Assembly (NCBI RefSeq): GCF_964204645.1
Contig: NC_134033.1
Location: 7,696,655-7,760,654, forward strand
DNA length: 64,000 nt
Source: Tubulanus polymorphus
Lineage: Eukaryota; Animalia; Nemertea
Reading direction: 5' to 3'
Part shown: positions 13,561 to 26,387 of the stretch, in pieces
Layout of the letters: every line of letters starts with the position of its first letter
Numbering within the stretch: position 1 is the stretch's first letter
Made by a program: the position numbers and the translations under genes
Notes under the pieces: generated by a model
What the model was told of the DNA's origin: nothing
The model's database searches: none
The model's input: only the letters and a program-made list of their open reading frames with translations

Positions 13561-14904
13561 CTAGTATCGCTATATTATATTTGTACCAAGGCATATTTTG
13601 TTACCATGATCAATGGCAAAGTTGTAGTTCATGACATCGTCTATGATTGTGGTGAGTTTTTAAGGACATTAGTTATTCCATATAGTCACCAGGGGGCGTT
13701 GAATAGTAGAAAAGCTTAGTTTTTCCTTATTAGATTGGTACCTAGGCATAGTTTGTTACCATGATCCATTGCAAAGTTGAAGTTCATGACATCGTCTATG
13801 ATTGTGGTGAGTTTTTGAGGAGATTAGTTATTCCATATAGTCACCAGGGGGCGCTGAATAGTAGAATGGCTTAGTATTTCCTTATTAGATTGGTACCTAG
13901 GCATATTTTGTTACTATGATCAATTGCAAAGTTGTATTTCATGACATGTACTACGATTGTGGTGAGTTTTAAGGTCATTGGGTATTGCATATGGTCACCA
14001 GGGGGCGTTGAATAGTAGAATAACTTAGTATTTCCATATTAAATTGGTAACGAGGCATATTTTGTTATCACAATCAATTACAAAATCATAGCTGCTCACA
14101 TGTTCTATGATTGTGGTGGGTTTCAAGGTCATTGGTTTTTGTATATGGTCACTAGAGGGCGTTATGTATTGAAATTGTTAGATTGTTGAGCATTTGAAAC
14201 CACTGCCCAAGTGAGCATGGTGTCTCTGGACCCCTAGTTTGGTTTTGTCGCCCGCGACAATTCATTATTTTGGTTTTGTCGCACGCAACAATTCAATAGT
14301 TTGTTTTTGTCGTCCGCGACAATTCATTATTTTGGTTTTATCGCCCGCAACAATTCAATATTTTGGTTTTAACGCCCGCGACAATTCATTATTGTGGTTT
14401 TATCACCCGCGACAATTCATTATTTTGGTTTTATCGCCCGCGACAATTAATTATTTTTGTTTTGTCGCCCGTGACAATTCAATATTTTGGTTTTGTCACC
14501 CGCGACAATTCATTATTTTGGTTTTGTCGCCCGTGGTTTTGTCGGAACATTAAGTTTTTGGTCGATCAGTGTGTTAAGGTTGTTTTGGAAATTTACTCGG
14601 TCTGGTATATTTTGGATTACTGTGTATGTCATTTGTCAGGACGACTTAGGATACTACCTTGCGTGACTCCACTAGTTAGACCGTCTCATTCCAAGATGAG
14701 GCGTTCCGTTGATTTCGGTTACAAGTGTCCGTTCAGAGATAACTGCTGTGCCATTTGGGCGACCTATCATTGATACTGTTTCCTAATAGCCTGTTCAGTA
14801 ATGGCTGATGTTGAGCCTTATCAAATGCTTTGTTGAAATCCACCGTTGAACAGGATTCTAAGACTTTGCAGAAAACCCATTATCGCTGCTTTGCAGCTAT
14901 ATTT
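13561..14904 (+). mobile_element. Second copy of the 3' part of the A+B composite, with intact HINE-A 3' end
   Basis: Parallels ~11100-12660 and ends GCAGAAAACCC-ATTATC-GCTGC-TTT-GCAGC-TATATTT (subTIR, stem-loop, T-run). Confidence 0.75.
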
Positions 14905-15639
14905 AGGGTTTTCTTTTATTTTATTGAAAACCCTATTGATATCCGCGTGATTATTATTATTATTATTTTCTTCCACACTATTTTTACCAAAAGAACATGG
15001 GCTTTGTTACCTTACTGCTGTTTCATATACAATCCATATAATATCGTTCAGCTCACTCTACAAATAGCCCGCGTGTTTTTTCACGAATCATCGTTACAAA
15101 AGCGCTGTCGGGCCGTAAACATCGAAAATTTAGCCCCATTCAATGGGACGACATGTTTTTCGAGTCGTCATCCCGAAATCAACCCGCAGGCCGACTGTCA
15201 CTTCGATTATCAATTCAAGTATAAATGAACTAATTTATTGCCGCAACTTCAAATTCAGTCGCGGTCTTCAAACAGTGATTTTAACAATAGCCCATTTTCC
15301 TCATCAAATCATATTACCGATACACTGGAAATTTACTACTTTAGATTTTAAAAGCACTGTCGAGCCGTAAACATCGACGAATCGACGTGTGTTACTACAT
15401 CGTCGTTCCGGGGATCAGCTGCGAGTTTCTCCTCATCATGAGAATCAAATCGAGTACAAATTAATTTATTACTACCAGTGATTTGGCTGCGGGTTTCAAC
15501 GAGTTAGTATAACAATACCTATTTTTCTTTACCGAATTAACCGTGTATTTACTAAGATAAATCTTTAGTGTACCGGGGAATCGTAGGCCTAAACTAAACA
15601 CGCCGAAGAGATATAGCGGAGAAAAGCTGTTATGTCGAC
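14903..15639 (+). mobile_element. Diverged HINE-A 5' part interrupted by a Polinton
   Basis: Variant head and body homologous to 4270-4908; breaks after TATGTCGAC, where other copies continue with GAG. Confidence 0.7.
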
Positions 15640-18600
15640 AGTAATAGGGGTAATGGGCTTTCAGATCAAAGGTCGAACGGTCGAGCTCATTAAAAAACAA
15701 AACATTAAAAGTAATTTAAAACTATAATATATTTTCATAACCGTGTGCATTTTATATTATAACTAAATATTTATTCTAAGATATCAATAATTTAAAAAGC
15801 ATATTGATTTATTTACAATACACAAATTCATATAATCAAATGTATTCAAATAATAATTATTCTATTATTCAACTGAAATACACACGGTTATGAAAATATA
15901 TTATAGTTTTAAATTACTTTTAATATTTGTTTTTAATGAACTCGACCATTCAACCTTTAACCTGAAAGCCCATTACCCCTATTACTCTTAAAATGAATAA
16001 CATTTAAAAGTGTAAGCTCTTATAGAATAGATATATAGATATATTTACAACGTTATTTCAATATTCATATTTGTATGAGTTAGAATTTTGAACATTAAAA
16101 GTGTTAGTAAAGTGTGATTGAAATAATGCATGATATAAATCATTGAACTTCTAAAATCAATTTTAATAAAAAATTTTGTATTAAAATGGAAGCAAATAAG
16201 TACTACTGCCCAACATGTAATATCAATATAGATAAATCCCAAAAAGCAAGACACAATAAAACTAAAACACATTTAGAGAATAAATTAAAATTAGAATATA
16301 AAGATGATATATTAGAAACTAAATTGGATGAATTAAAGAATGAAAAAGAAACATACAAATGTGATACATGTAATCAATCATTCAGTGATAAAAGATATTA
16401 TAAAGAACATTTAAAATCTACAAGTCATATTAGAAATAAGAATAATGATATTTTAGGTGAAGATTATTTTGATAAAGATAATGATAAGAAACAGAAGACA
16501 ATTAAAAGCATAAGAAATAAATTAAACAATAAAAGACCATACATGGAAGATGTACGAAAATATATTAATTCATTAGATAATAAAAAAGATATAGAGATAA
16601 CCGAAGCATTTAAAAGTGATATTGGCCCAGCAGCTATCGAGTTTAAATTTCATAAAGGAAAAACGTTAGAAGAAAATAAAAAACATTTAGAAAATATGAA
16701 AGAAATAATAAAAATAATAACTGATGTTGAATACCCTAAAATTAGTATATCAGTTAAAGTAAAGTTTATAAAATCTGAAGATAAACCAATATATAATATA
16801 AATTCTCATTCACAACATATTATATATAAACAACATATAGATGATAAATTAGATAAATGTTATAATGAAGTAAAAACTAAAATAGAAGAGAAATATTTTG
16901 AAGGATCTGGTTTAATATTTGATGAAATAATATTTATGACTTTACATGTTTATAACACAAAATATAATAAGTTAACTAAATCAAAACCAATTGATGAAAA
17001 TAATGTATCATATTATAAAGAACCAGATATTGAAGCATCGAGTTATATCAAACTACCATTTAAAACTAATGCTGTAATAAATGTACAAAATGAAGATGAT
17101 AAATGTTTTCTATGGGTTATAATAAGTTGTTTACATCCTGCAACTTAAAATATTTGTAGATTAACTCATTATAAACCATTTGAAAATAATTATAAGATAG
17201 ATAAGTATCCTGTTATAATTAAAAACATCCCAAAAATAGAAAGAGATAATAATATAAAGATAAATGTGTTTGATTTAATCAAATTACCAAATACAAAAGG
17301 TAACAATATAAAACATTATACATTAGAACCTTTATACCTATCAAAAGATTATGATTCAAACAATGTTATAGATATACTATATTATGAGAATCATTATATG
17401 TGGATTAAACAAATCGATTTATTTTTTAAATCAGAAAGTGATCACCATAGAATATATCTTTGTAGAAAATGTTTACATAAATTCAGTAATGAAAGTACAT
17501 TATTAAATCATAAACAATTATGTGAAAATCATGATTATTGTAAATTAGTTTTACCAAATGAAAAAGATAAAATATTAGAATTCAAAAAATATGATTACAA
17601 AAATAAAGTACCATTTGTTATATATGGAGATTTTGAATCATTAAATAAAGAATTAACTGATCAAGATAGAAAAGAAATATATTATAAAAGAAAGAAATTT
17701 AATTCTAATGAAAATGATTTTTCAGATGAAACACCAAAAACAAATACAATTAAAAAGATTCATCAATCAGCTGCAGCTTTCGGGTTATATATTAAATCTG
17801 ATTATCCAGAACTAATTGAAAGTGAATATTATGATTATAGAAATGAAAATGTTATCAATCATTTTTGTGACTTATTAATTGAATATGAAATAAGATTTAG
17901 TAAATTATTGAATACAAATAAAGAAATAATTATGACAGAAGAAGATAAAGAAGAATTTGTGTTTTCAGATAAATGTTATTATTGTGAAAAGATATTTAAT
18001 TTTAAAGATAAAAAAGTAAGAGACCATGATCATTTGAATGGAAAGTTTAGAGGCGCTGCACATGAGAATTGTAACTTACAAGCTAAGAAAATTAATTTTG
18101 TACCAGTTATATTTCATAATCTATCAGGATATGATGCACATTTATTCATCAAACAGTTATGTCATAAAATAGAAGAAATTAATAATGAAATAGAAAGATT
18201 AAATTCAAATAGATCAAAAGATAAAATACCAACTTATAAATTTAAAATGTTAGCTAAAACATCTGAGAATTATATATCATTCCAATTTGGTTGCCTAGAA
18301 TTTATAGATTCCTATAGATTTTTAAATAGTTCATTAGATAACTTATCAAAATCATTAGTTGATGATGAATTAAAAATATTAAAGCAACATTACCCAAATA
18401 ATGATGATTTTCAATTAATGAGATATAAAGGAGCAATTCCATATTCTTTCTATAAAAATCATATTGATTTTAACATAACTGAATTATTGAAAGAACAATT
18501 CTATGATGAATTAAAAAATGAATATGTTAAAGATGAAGTCTATAATAGAACATTGAATATTTGGAATCATTTCAAAATAGAAAATCATGGGCAATTAGTA

Positions 18601-20135
18601 GATTCATATCTAAAATCAGATGTATTATTATTAACCGATATATTCGAAAGGTTTAGAGATGTAAACCTAAAATATTTCAATATTGATCCTTGTCATTGTT
18701 ATTCTAGCCCAGGTTTAACATGGGATTGTGGTTTAAAATTTACAGATATAAAAATGGATTTGTTAACAAATATAGATCAATTATTATTATTTGAAAAATC
18801 TATAAGAGGAGGAGTTTCAGGTGTATTAGGGGATAGATATTTCAATGTAAATGATAACCCTGGATATAAGTTATTATATATAGATGCAAATAATTTGTAT
18901 GGTTGGGCAATGATGGAACCACAACCTTATGGAGTATTTGAATTAACTGAAGTTTTACAGAATGAAAATAGTGATAAATTTGATTGGAAGAAAAGAATCC
19001 TAGATATTGCAGATGATTCAGATACTGGTTACTTCTTTGTTGTAGATTTAGAATATCCTGAAGATAAAAAATTTAAATCTAGAAATATAGCTTACTGTCC
19101 CGAACATAAAACTGTAACGCATGAAGAATTATCAAGTTATCAAATAAGAATTAAACCCGAAAATCATATTCATACAGAAAAGTTAATGGTAACTCGAAGA
19201 AGATAAATATAATTATGTAGTACATTATAGAATGTTAAAGTTTTATCTAAAATAAGGAATGGTTCTAAAAAAAGTACATAGATATATTTCATTCAGTCAA
19301 TCTAAGTGGTTAGAAAAATATATAGATTTTAACACCAAACAGAGAACTGAAGCTAAAACTGATTTCGAAAAAGATTTCTTCAAGTTAATGAATAATGCAT
19401 TCTATGGTAAGACTTGTGAAAATATTAGAAATAGAAATGATATTGAGTTAGTCAGTAATGGTAAAAGAATTAGACATTTACAATCATATCCTAAGTTCAT
19501 TGGTAACAGAATATTTGATGAAAATTTAGCTGCAGTTAAAATGAGAAGAACATCAATGAAATTTAATAAACCAATCTATGTTGGCGCTTCAGTTTTAGAA
19601 TTATCAAAATTACTAATGTATGAATTCTATTATAATGTATTACAACCTCATTTTGGAGAAAAGCATATAGAAATCTTATATTTTGATACTGACAGTTACA
19701 TATTAAAGATAAAAACTGATAACATAACTAATGATTTAAAAACATTAAAACATCATTTTGATTTTAGTAATTATCCTAAAGATCATGAATTGTTTAGCAA
19801 TGATAATAAAAAAAGTTCCCGGTAAATTCAAAGATGAATTAGGTGGTGAAGAAATGATAGAGTTCATAGGTATTAGATCTAAAATGTATTCATATAAAAC
19901 TAAAGAACATGAAGCTAAAAAGTTAAAAGGAATAACCAAAAGTGTAGTAGAAAAGAATATTCATTTCAAAGATTACATCAATTGTATATTCAATGAAGAA
20001 GTTAGAAAACATAAGATGAGATGTTTAAGATCTGAAGATCATGAAATATTTATTGAAGAAATTGAAAAGATAAGTCTAAACCCATTTGATGATAAAAGAT
20101 ATATTTTAGATGATGGAATTCATACAGTTGCTTAT
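15640..20135 (+). mobile_element. Truncated Polinton/Maverick (subfamily 1): terminus plus pPolB
   Basis: Starts AGTAATAGGGG, has a terminal fold-back (15640-15986), then a pPolB highly similar to 43425-47456; cut at 20135 by a MITE. Confidence 0.92.
16186..20135 (+). pseudogene. polB: Protein-primed family B DNA polymerase, disrupted
   Basis: Motifs YGDFES, FHNLSGYD, YIDANNLYGWAM, KLMNNAFYGK, YFDTDS; endonuclease-VII-like RDHDHLNGKFRGAAH. In-frame TAA at 17146, frameshifts near 19197 and 19810, a further stop near 19254. Confidence 0.93.
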
Positions 20136-21300
20136 CGGTGTTGTCATATCGCGGAAAGACGGAATCGCGGAATTTTCCAAAAACGCGGAATTTCTTCATT
20201 TTTACTTTAAATAGTAAACGGGTTTTTTCCCACGGGGATACCCACTGTCGGACAGGGCACCGGACCGATCGATGCAACGACTAAGGTTCGAATCCCATTA
20301 TTTGCAGGCAATTTTATATGGAATCATTATATTACGATACCGTTGACTGGCTGCCACCTGTAGAAGAAGTCAGAATCAAGTGAGGTGAAAGAGACCAGGC
20401 ACCTAATGTCTATTTCTACTAGGCAAACTTCGGCTATCGAAGTTCATCGACTTTTTGAGAACTTCAGAAACGAATATTATCAGATAAATATTGAGCACGT
20501 TCGCGGTGTCGGACTGTAGTTGTAGATGGTTGCAAACACGAAATCCTACGACCAAACAAGTACCGGTTCAAATTCCTATAAAATCATTATAATCATTGAA
20601 ATCATTATAATTTTACGGCCGTCCAGTACCGGTACGAATAAGATTCTTTTGATCCAAATAATCAGCATAGGAACATATATGTTATAGCAGTCACAAAGTA
20701 AACATTAAAAAAACGAAACCATTTTATAATCTTTCATATCATTTAATTCTAAAAGATAAACCACATTCTTCGCTTATAACAACAATGTAGACACACAACA
20801 CGCATGAACAATCCTAAACCAGAATGAAATATACATAATGTCTATTTATTTTCGTCTGACATCGATCCAGTTCCACAGTTGTGAGTTAACTCTGAGTCAC
20901 TTAGAATCAATTCATTTCCAATGTTTTAAATCCAGAGACCAGAGTCAAATCTTAACTCGGAAGTGAGTCCTTGAGAATGACCCATGGTGTCACAAATCCT
21001 ACGTTTACGTACCATCGATTTGTATTCATTCAGTTAATGCAGCGATACTCTGTATCACTGAATTCGCAAAGCACGTATTGCCTAGGTTCTCCATTATTTG
21101 GAAAAGTATCGTTAAGTTGTTGACTAGCGATATAATAAATTATCAAATACTAATTCCCAGTGTTGAAAAGCTGGGTCCGGTGCCGTCTGACAGTGGGTAT
21201 CCCCGTGGGAAAACCCGTTTACTATTTATAGTAAAAATGAAGAAATTCCGCGTTTTTTGAAAATTCCGCGATTCCGTCTTTCCGCGATATGACAACACCG
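20136..21300. mobile_element. Non-autonomous TIR DNA transposon (MITE-like), ~130-bp TIRs, no TSD
   Basis: CGGTGTTGTCATATCGCGGAAAGACGG... at 20136 is the reverse complement of ...CCGTCTTTCCGCGATATGACAACACCG ending 21300. Confidence 0.85.
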
Positions 21301-21313
21301 GTTTAGTTGTTCT

Positions 21314-21878
21314 AGATCAAAGGTCGAACGGTCTAGCTCATTAAAAACAAAATATTAAAAGTAATTTAAAACTATAATATATTTTCATAACCGTGTGCAT
21401 TTTATATTATATCTAAATATTTAATCTAAGATATTAATAATTTAAATTTTAAAAGCATATTGTATTAAATCAATTGGTCGCTCCGCTTCGCTACCGCTCC
21501 ACTCCGCGACCAATTGATTTATTTACAATACACAAATTCATAATCAAATATATTTTAATAATAATAATTATTCTATTATTCAACTGAAATACACACGGTT
21601 ATGAAAATATATTATAGTTTTAAATTACTTTTAATATTTGTTTTTAATGAACTCGACCATTCAACCTTTAACCTGAAAGCCCATTACCCCTATTACTCTT
21701 AAAATAATCATATACATGAATAACATTTAAATTGATAGATTATTCAATATAAAAGTGTGAGCTCTTATAGAATAGATATATAGATATATTTACAACATTA
21801 TTTCAATATTCATATTTGTATGAGTTAGATTTTTAAAAACATTAAAAGTGTTAGTAAAGTGTGATTGAAATAATGCAT
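21314..21878 (+). mobile_element. Polinton subfamily-1 terminal fragment
   Basis: Direct homolog of ~15663-16130; lacks the outer ~23 bp but keeps a central GC-rich stem-loop absent from the 15640 copy. Confidence 0.85.
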
Positions 21879-22175
21879 AGCTGTTTATACTAGAACATGA
21901 TTCTATTTGAGCCTATATACATTTCATGTAATGAACTATTGAATAAATCTATAAATTCACAGCTGTTACAGCTGTTACTATGACGCCGAGACATATGAGT
22001 CATAATATTGCAAACGTGTAGAACACTCTAGAACCGGAACCAGATGACGTGGCAGGCAGGAACTGAACAGACGCTGTAACATTACGCTTAGGATATTCTA
22101 TCTCTCGAAACGAAATTAGGAGCTCATACAGCAAGGCAGAAACCCATTATCGCTGCTTTGCAGCTATATTTATTA

Positions 22176-25100
22176 TTAGGGTTTCTGCTGCCTTCGCAGA
22201 AACCCTATTGTATTCCTGCTGATTATTATTAGGGTTTCTGCTGCCTTCGCAGAAACCCTATTGTATTCCTGCTGATTATTATTATTATTAGGGTTTTCTG
22301 TTACATCACAGAAAACCCTATTGAGATTCGCGTGTTTCTTCTTCTTCTTATTATTATTATTAGGGTTTTCTGTTACATCACAGAAAACCCTATTGAGATT
22401 CGCGTGTTTCTTCTTATTATTATTATTTTTTTTTTTTTTTTTTTTCACACTTTTAACGCGCAAAAACGAAATAATCCGTTTTTGCGCGCTAATAGTTTGT
22501 TTTTGCGCGGTAATATTTGTTTTTGCGCGCAAAAGATTTGTTTTTGCGCCGTCGTCTTGTAGCGCAAAAAAAACATATATTCAAATAATTTACGCGCGCT
22601 ACTATGATGTCACGCTGTCGCCATCTATTAGATTAAACAGTAACTAAAGAAGTAATTAATCTATGCAGTTGTATTGATTGATTTAAAAGGAAAACTAATT
22701 TTACTTAAATTTACGACCCCTTGATAAATACAAATATGCATATATCGCTTGTTATGGTCTTCGATTGATCACAATACAATGAAGTTATATTGAGCTTGAA
22801 AATACCGATAGTTGAATTTGATTGACCGGCAACCAGTCTAGCCCCATTATATATTGATGACGTAGGCACATCAACCCACCCGCAACCATATTAATAACGC
22901 GTGGTTGTTATTAATGTATATTAACATATCATAACGGTTTTTGCGGTGTCACAAAACCTTTTAAAATATGAGGAATAATACTGGCGTAATTTTCTGCTAG
23001 TTTTCTACCTTACATATAGAGATTTATCTTCATTTCTGAGCGATTCATTTTCTGAGAGACATCTAGCAGAAAATTTAATTTGAATCTGGAGCACTTAGTA
23101 CGAACGTGTTAGATAGAATTACCGTGCACGTTATATTTTCCATATTCCGATTCCCATATTACACCATGCATCCAGATTTGTAGATGCAGATTTATTAAAA
23201 ATAAGTGAAATTTGATGTTGTTTGTTTGTTTGCTTTACGTCGTTCAGAACTCTATTTGTCCCATGACTAACTGTATTGAATACTTTGTAATGCTTCAGCA
23301 GATGGGTATGATAGTTGGGTTGGACAAGCTATTTTCAGTATGTTCTACCAGTTCTTTTTTATATTTAAATCTCATGTTAATGAGGGCTGGGAATAGGCAG
23401 ATCTATCGAGTTGTCACATAGTTACTGTTTGTGAGTTCCTATAATCTGCAAATGCGCATGCGTGAAAGAATAGAGTTTGGGTTAGATGAGGCTAGGCTAT
23501 TTGTAAATCAAATTTCATCCACCCTGCAGTTACGTTCTGTGGCACCGTGGGTAAATCACTGGACTACAACTGGATTTTTTTTCGTTTGGTTTCGAATCCC
23601 AATACAGTCACGTACAGGTAACAACAGCATTTTAAGTATTAAGTGAGTACGACAAGCCTACCATGCCTATGTACTACAAACACAACTTTTCTCCTCTCGT
23701 CGGCCCTACAGTGATGTTACTATAACTGGTGCAATTATAAAATGGATAGGATTTGGTCAGGACTAGCCTAAAGTCTAATTCAGTCTTTGTACTTATTCAT
23801 TCGATAGGCCTATTTTTAAAACAATACAGTGAAGTATTCACACGCAGAAAGGCTAATTGATTTGAGCCATGTGATTAAATTTGGCCAGGCCTTCTCTGAC
23901 CTGCTGACATTAATAGTCAAACCAAAACGTTCATGTGGTCACGGCTTGTATACCAGAAATCATTGAAAGCCTGTACATTTTGCTGTTCGTAGGTTTGGTA
24001 TACCGATTTCTCCATACTTGACTGATAAGTACTGCTGTACGCATTATACAATTGTTCCAATGGGAATAGGGCCTATTTATTGGGCTTATTATTTCCTGCT
24101 TTAGAATACTGAAATAAGCCCAACGTTCATTCAAATATCCAACATCGGTGAAAGTTTGATTACTGTATACATGTACTGTAGGTTTTCATGTTGTATGAAT
24201 ATTTTGCAGTTCAAATGGGTAACGCATGAAGATAGATGATCAAGGACAGTCAACACCAAGATATCTCTCTTCGACCGATGTTGCACCATAGAAGATCTCA
24301 TTCTTTCAACTCAAGGAAAGTGATTCAACACGATCGGCATAACACTAGAATAGGTTTGCAGTAACTAACGGTTCATTTCATTTAGTCCTATGTACTTTTT
24401 AGCCAATTTGGATTCGATTGTAATTGAAACTCTGGAACTGTTAACAAAAGACAAGTTGAAAAAACACATATTACATCATATTTACAAAGCATATCATTGG
24501 TTCATACAGTGATAGAAATTAGGACAGAACAAATATTATTACAGAATTTCCAAAAAGGCAATGAATTTCTATAACTAAATGAACATTATTTTTCTAATAA
24601 CTCGGATCAAGAGTGACTCTCCCGTTTATAAGGAAACACACGCAACTAGTGGAATAGGTTTGATTTACACACATGTTGCAGGTATCAATTGTTTATCACT
24701 ATAGAATTTGTAATCCATAAAAGCCAAAATCAACATCAGCCGGAAACCCAGACCAGATCAATTCATAATTTATTGATTGAATCTACACTACAATATATGT
24801 ATTTATTCAAATATTTCAATAAAAACATTAACTTCTTAAATCTATTCTAAATCATAGTATGTTCTTATCTGTAAATTCACTCAATCTATCGACTCAGCAG
24901 GTGCTTAAGATGAGTTCTTAATAGGACAGATCCATTTATAAGCATGGTGATAATACAGTATCATGATGTTTGAATGCCAAAATAAATGCCTGGTCAAATA
25001 AATTAATATTTGTGATTGTACGTCCGCGTATGTTCGGTTTCAAAGCTGAATCATATTTGACGTTTACACAGCATATTAGGTTCGAATCTGTCAATCCATT

Positions 25101-25194
25101 TTATTCTATGTATCAATATTTCAATTTACTACAATTCCCATCTTTCTGAATGGCTTTGCAGAAAACCCGTCATCGCTGCTTGGCAGCTATATTT
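22176..25194 (+). mobile_element. Stacked HINE heads (two C-type, two A-type) and a HINE with a different ~2.7-kb interior
   Basis: Heads at ~22176, 22228, 22288 and 22360; 3' end GCAGAAAACCCGTCATCGCTGCTTGGCAGCTATATTT at 25158-25194. A C-type 3' end also lies just upstream (22132-22171). Confidence 0.65.
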
Positions 25195-26387
25195 ATTATT
25201 ATTAGGGTTTTCTGTTACATCACAGAAAACCCTATTGAGATTCGCGTGTTTCTTATTATTAGGGTTTTCTGTTACATCATAGAAAACCCTATTGAGATTC
25301 GCGTGTTTCTTATTAGGGTTTTCTGTTACATCACAGAAAACCCTATTGAGATTCGCGTGTTTCTTATTATTATTATTATTATTATTTTTTTCCACACATT
25401 TTTTGTCAAAAGTACATAGGCTTTTTTACATTACCGCTGTTGCCGATACAATCCGTCTGATATCATTCAGCTCAGTTCGATCTACAAATACTCCGTGCGA
25501 ATTTTGAAGAATCAACGTTACAAAAGTACTGTCGGGCCGTAAACATCGAAAATTGAGCCCCATTCAAAGAGCCGACATGTTTTTCTAAGTCGTCTTTCCG
25601 AAATCTACCGCACGTTTCTTGTCACGTCGATTATCAATTCAAGCATAAATTAACAAATTTATTACCGAAAGATTGCACATTCTGTCGCGGTTTTTAAAAA
25701 CTAATTTTAACAGTAACCCATTTTCCTCATCAAATCATATTACCGATACACAGGAAATTTACTACTTTAGATTTTAAAAGCACTGTCGAGCCGTAAACAT
25801 CGACAAATCGACGTGTGTCACTACATCGTCGTTCCGGGAATCAGCTGCGAGTTTCTCCTCATCATGAGAATCAAATCGAGTGCAAATTAATTTATAACTA
25901 CCAGTGATTTTGCTGCGGGCGTCAAGCAGTTAGTTTAGCAATACCTATTTTTCTTTACCAAATTAACCGTGTATTTACTAAGATAAATCATAAGTGTACC
26001 GGGGAGTCGTAGGCCTAAACTAAACACGCCGAAGAGATATAGCGGAGACGAGGTATCAAAATAAAAAAATATATTACTTTATTCGGCCGCGGGCTTCAAC
26101 CTCTATATCAATACCATCAATACTCTATATTTCCTACAGTACATACCGATCATTGTCAAATCTACAAGGTATTTACTAAATGCAAGTATATAACACACTC
26201 CTATCATTATGCTGGACTCACACTTGACATTCGGAGTAAGCGTTCGCTGTGGGGGAAAGGAGATCGTTCGCTGTGTCGCTTGAAGTGTTTATCGAGTTTT
26301 ACGCGACCTTAAGGCTTTAGTATGGTGGCTGATAAGATAAAATAAATTATGACATTACGACAAAACAAATAACGCGAGAAAACAATG

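Noticed and set aside
15640-21878. One element bounded by the repeats at 15640 and 21314
   Set aside because: The two terminal copies are in direct orientation, no GTCGAC duplication was found at the right, and the second copy is truncated.
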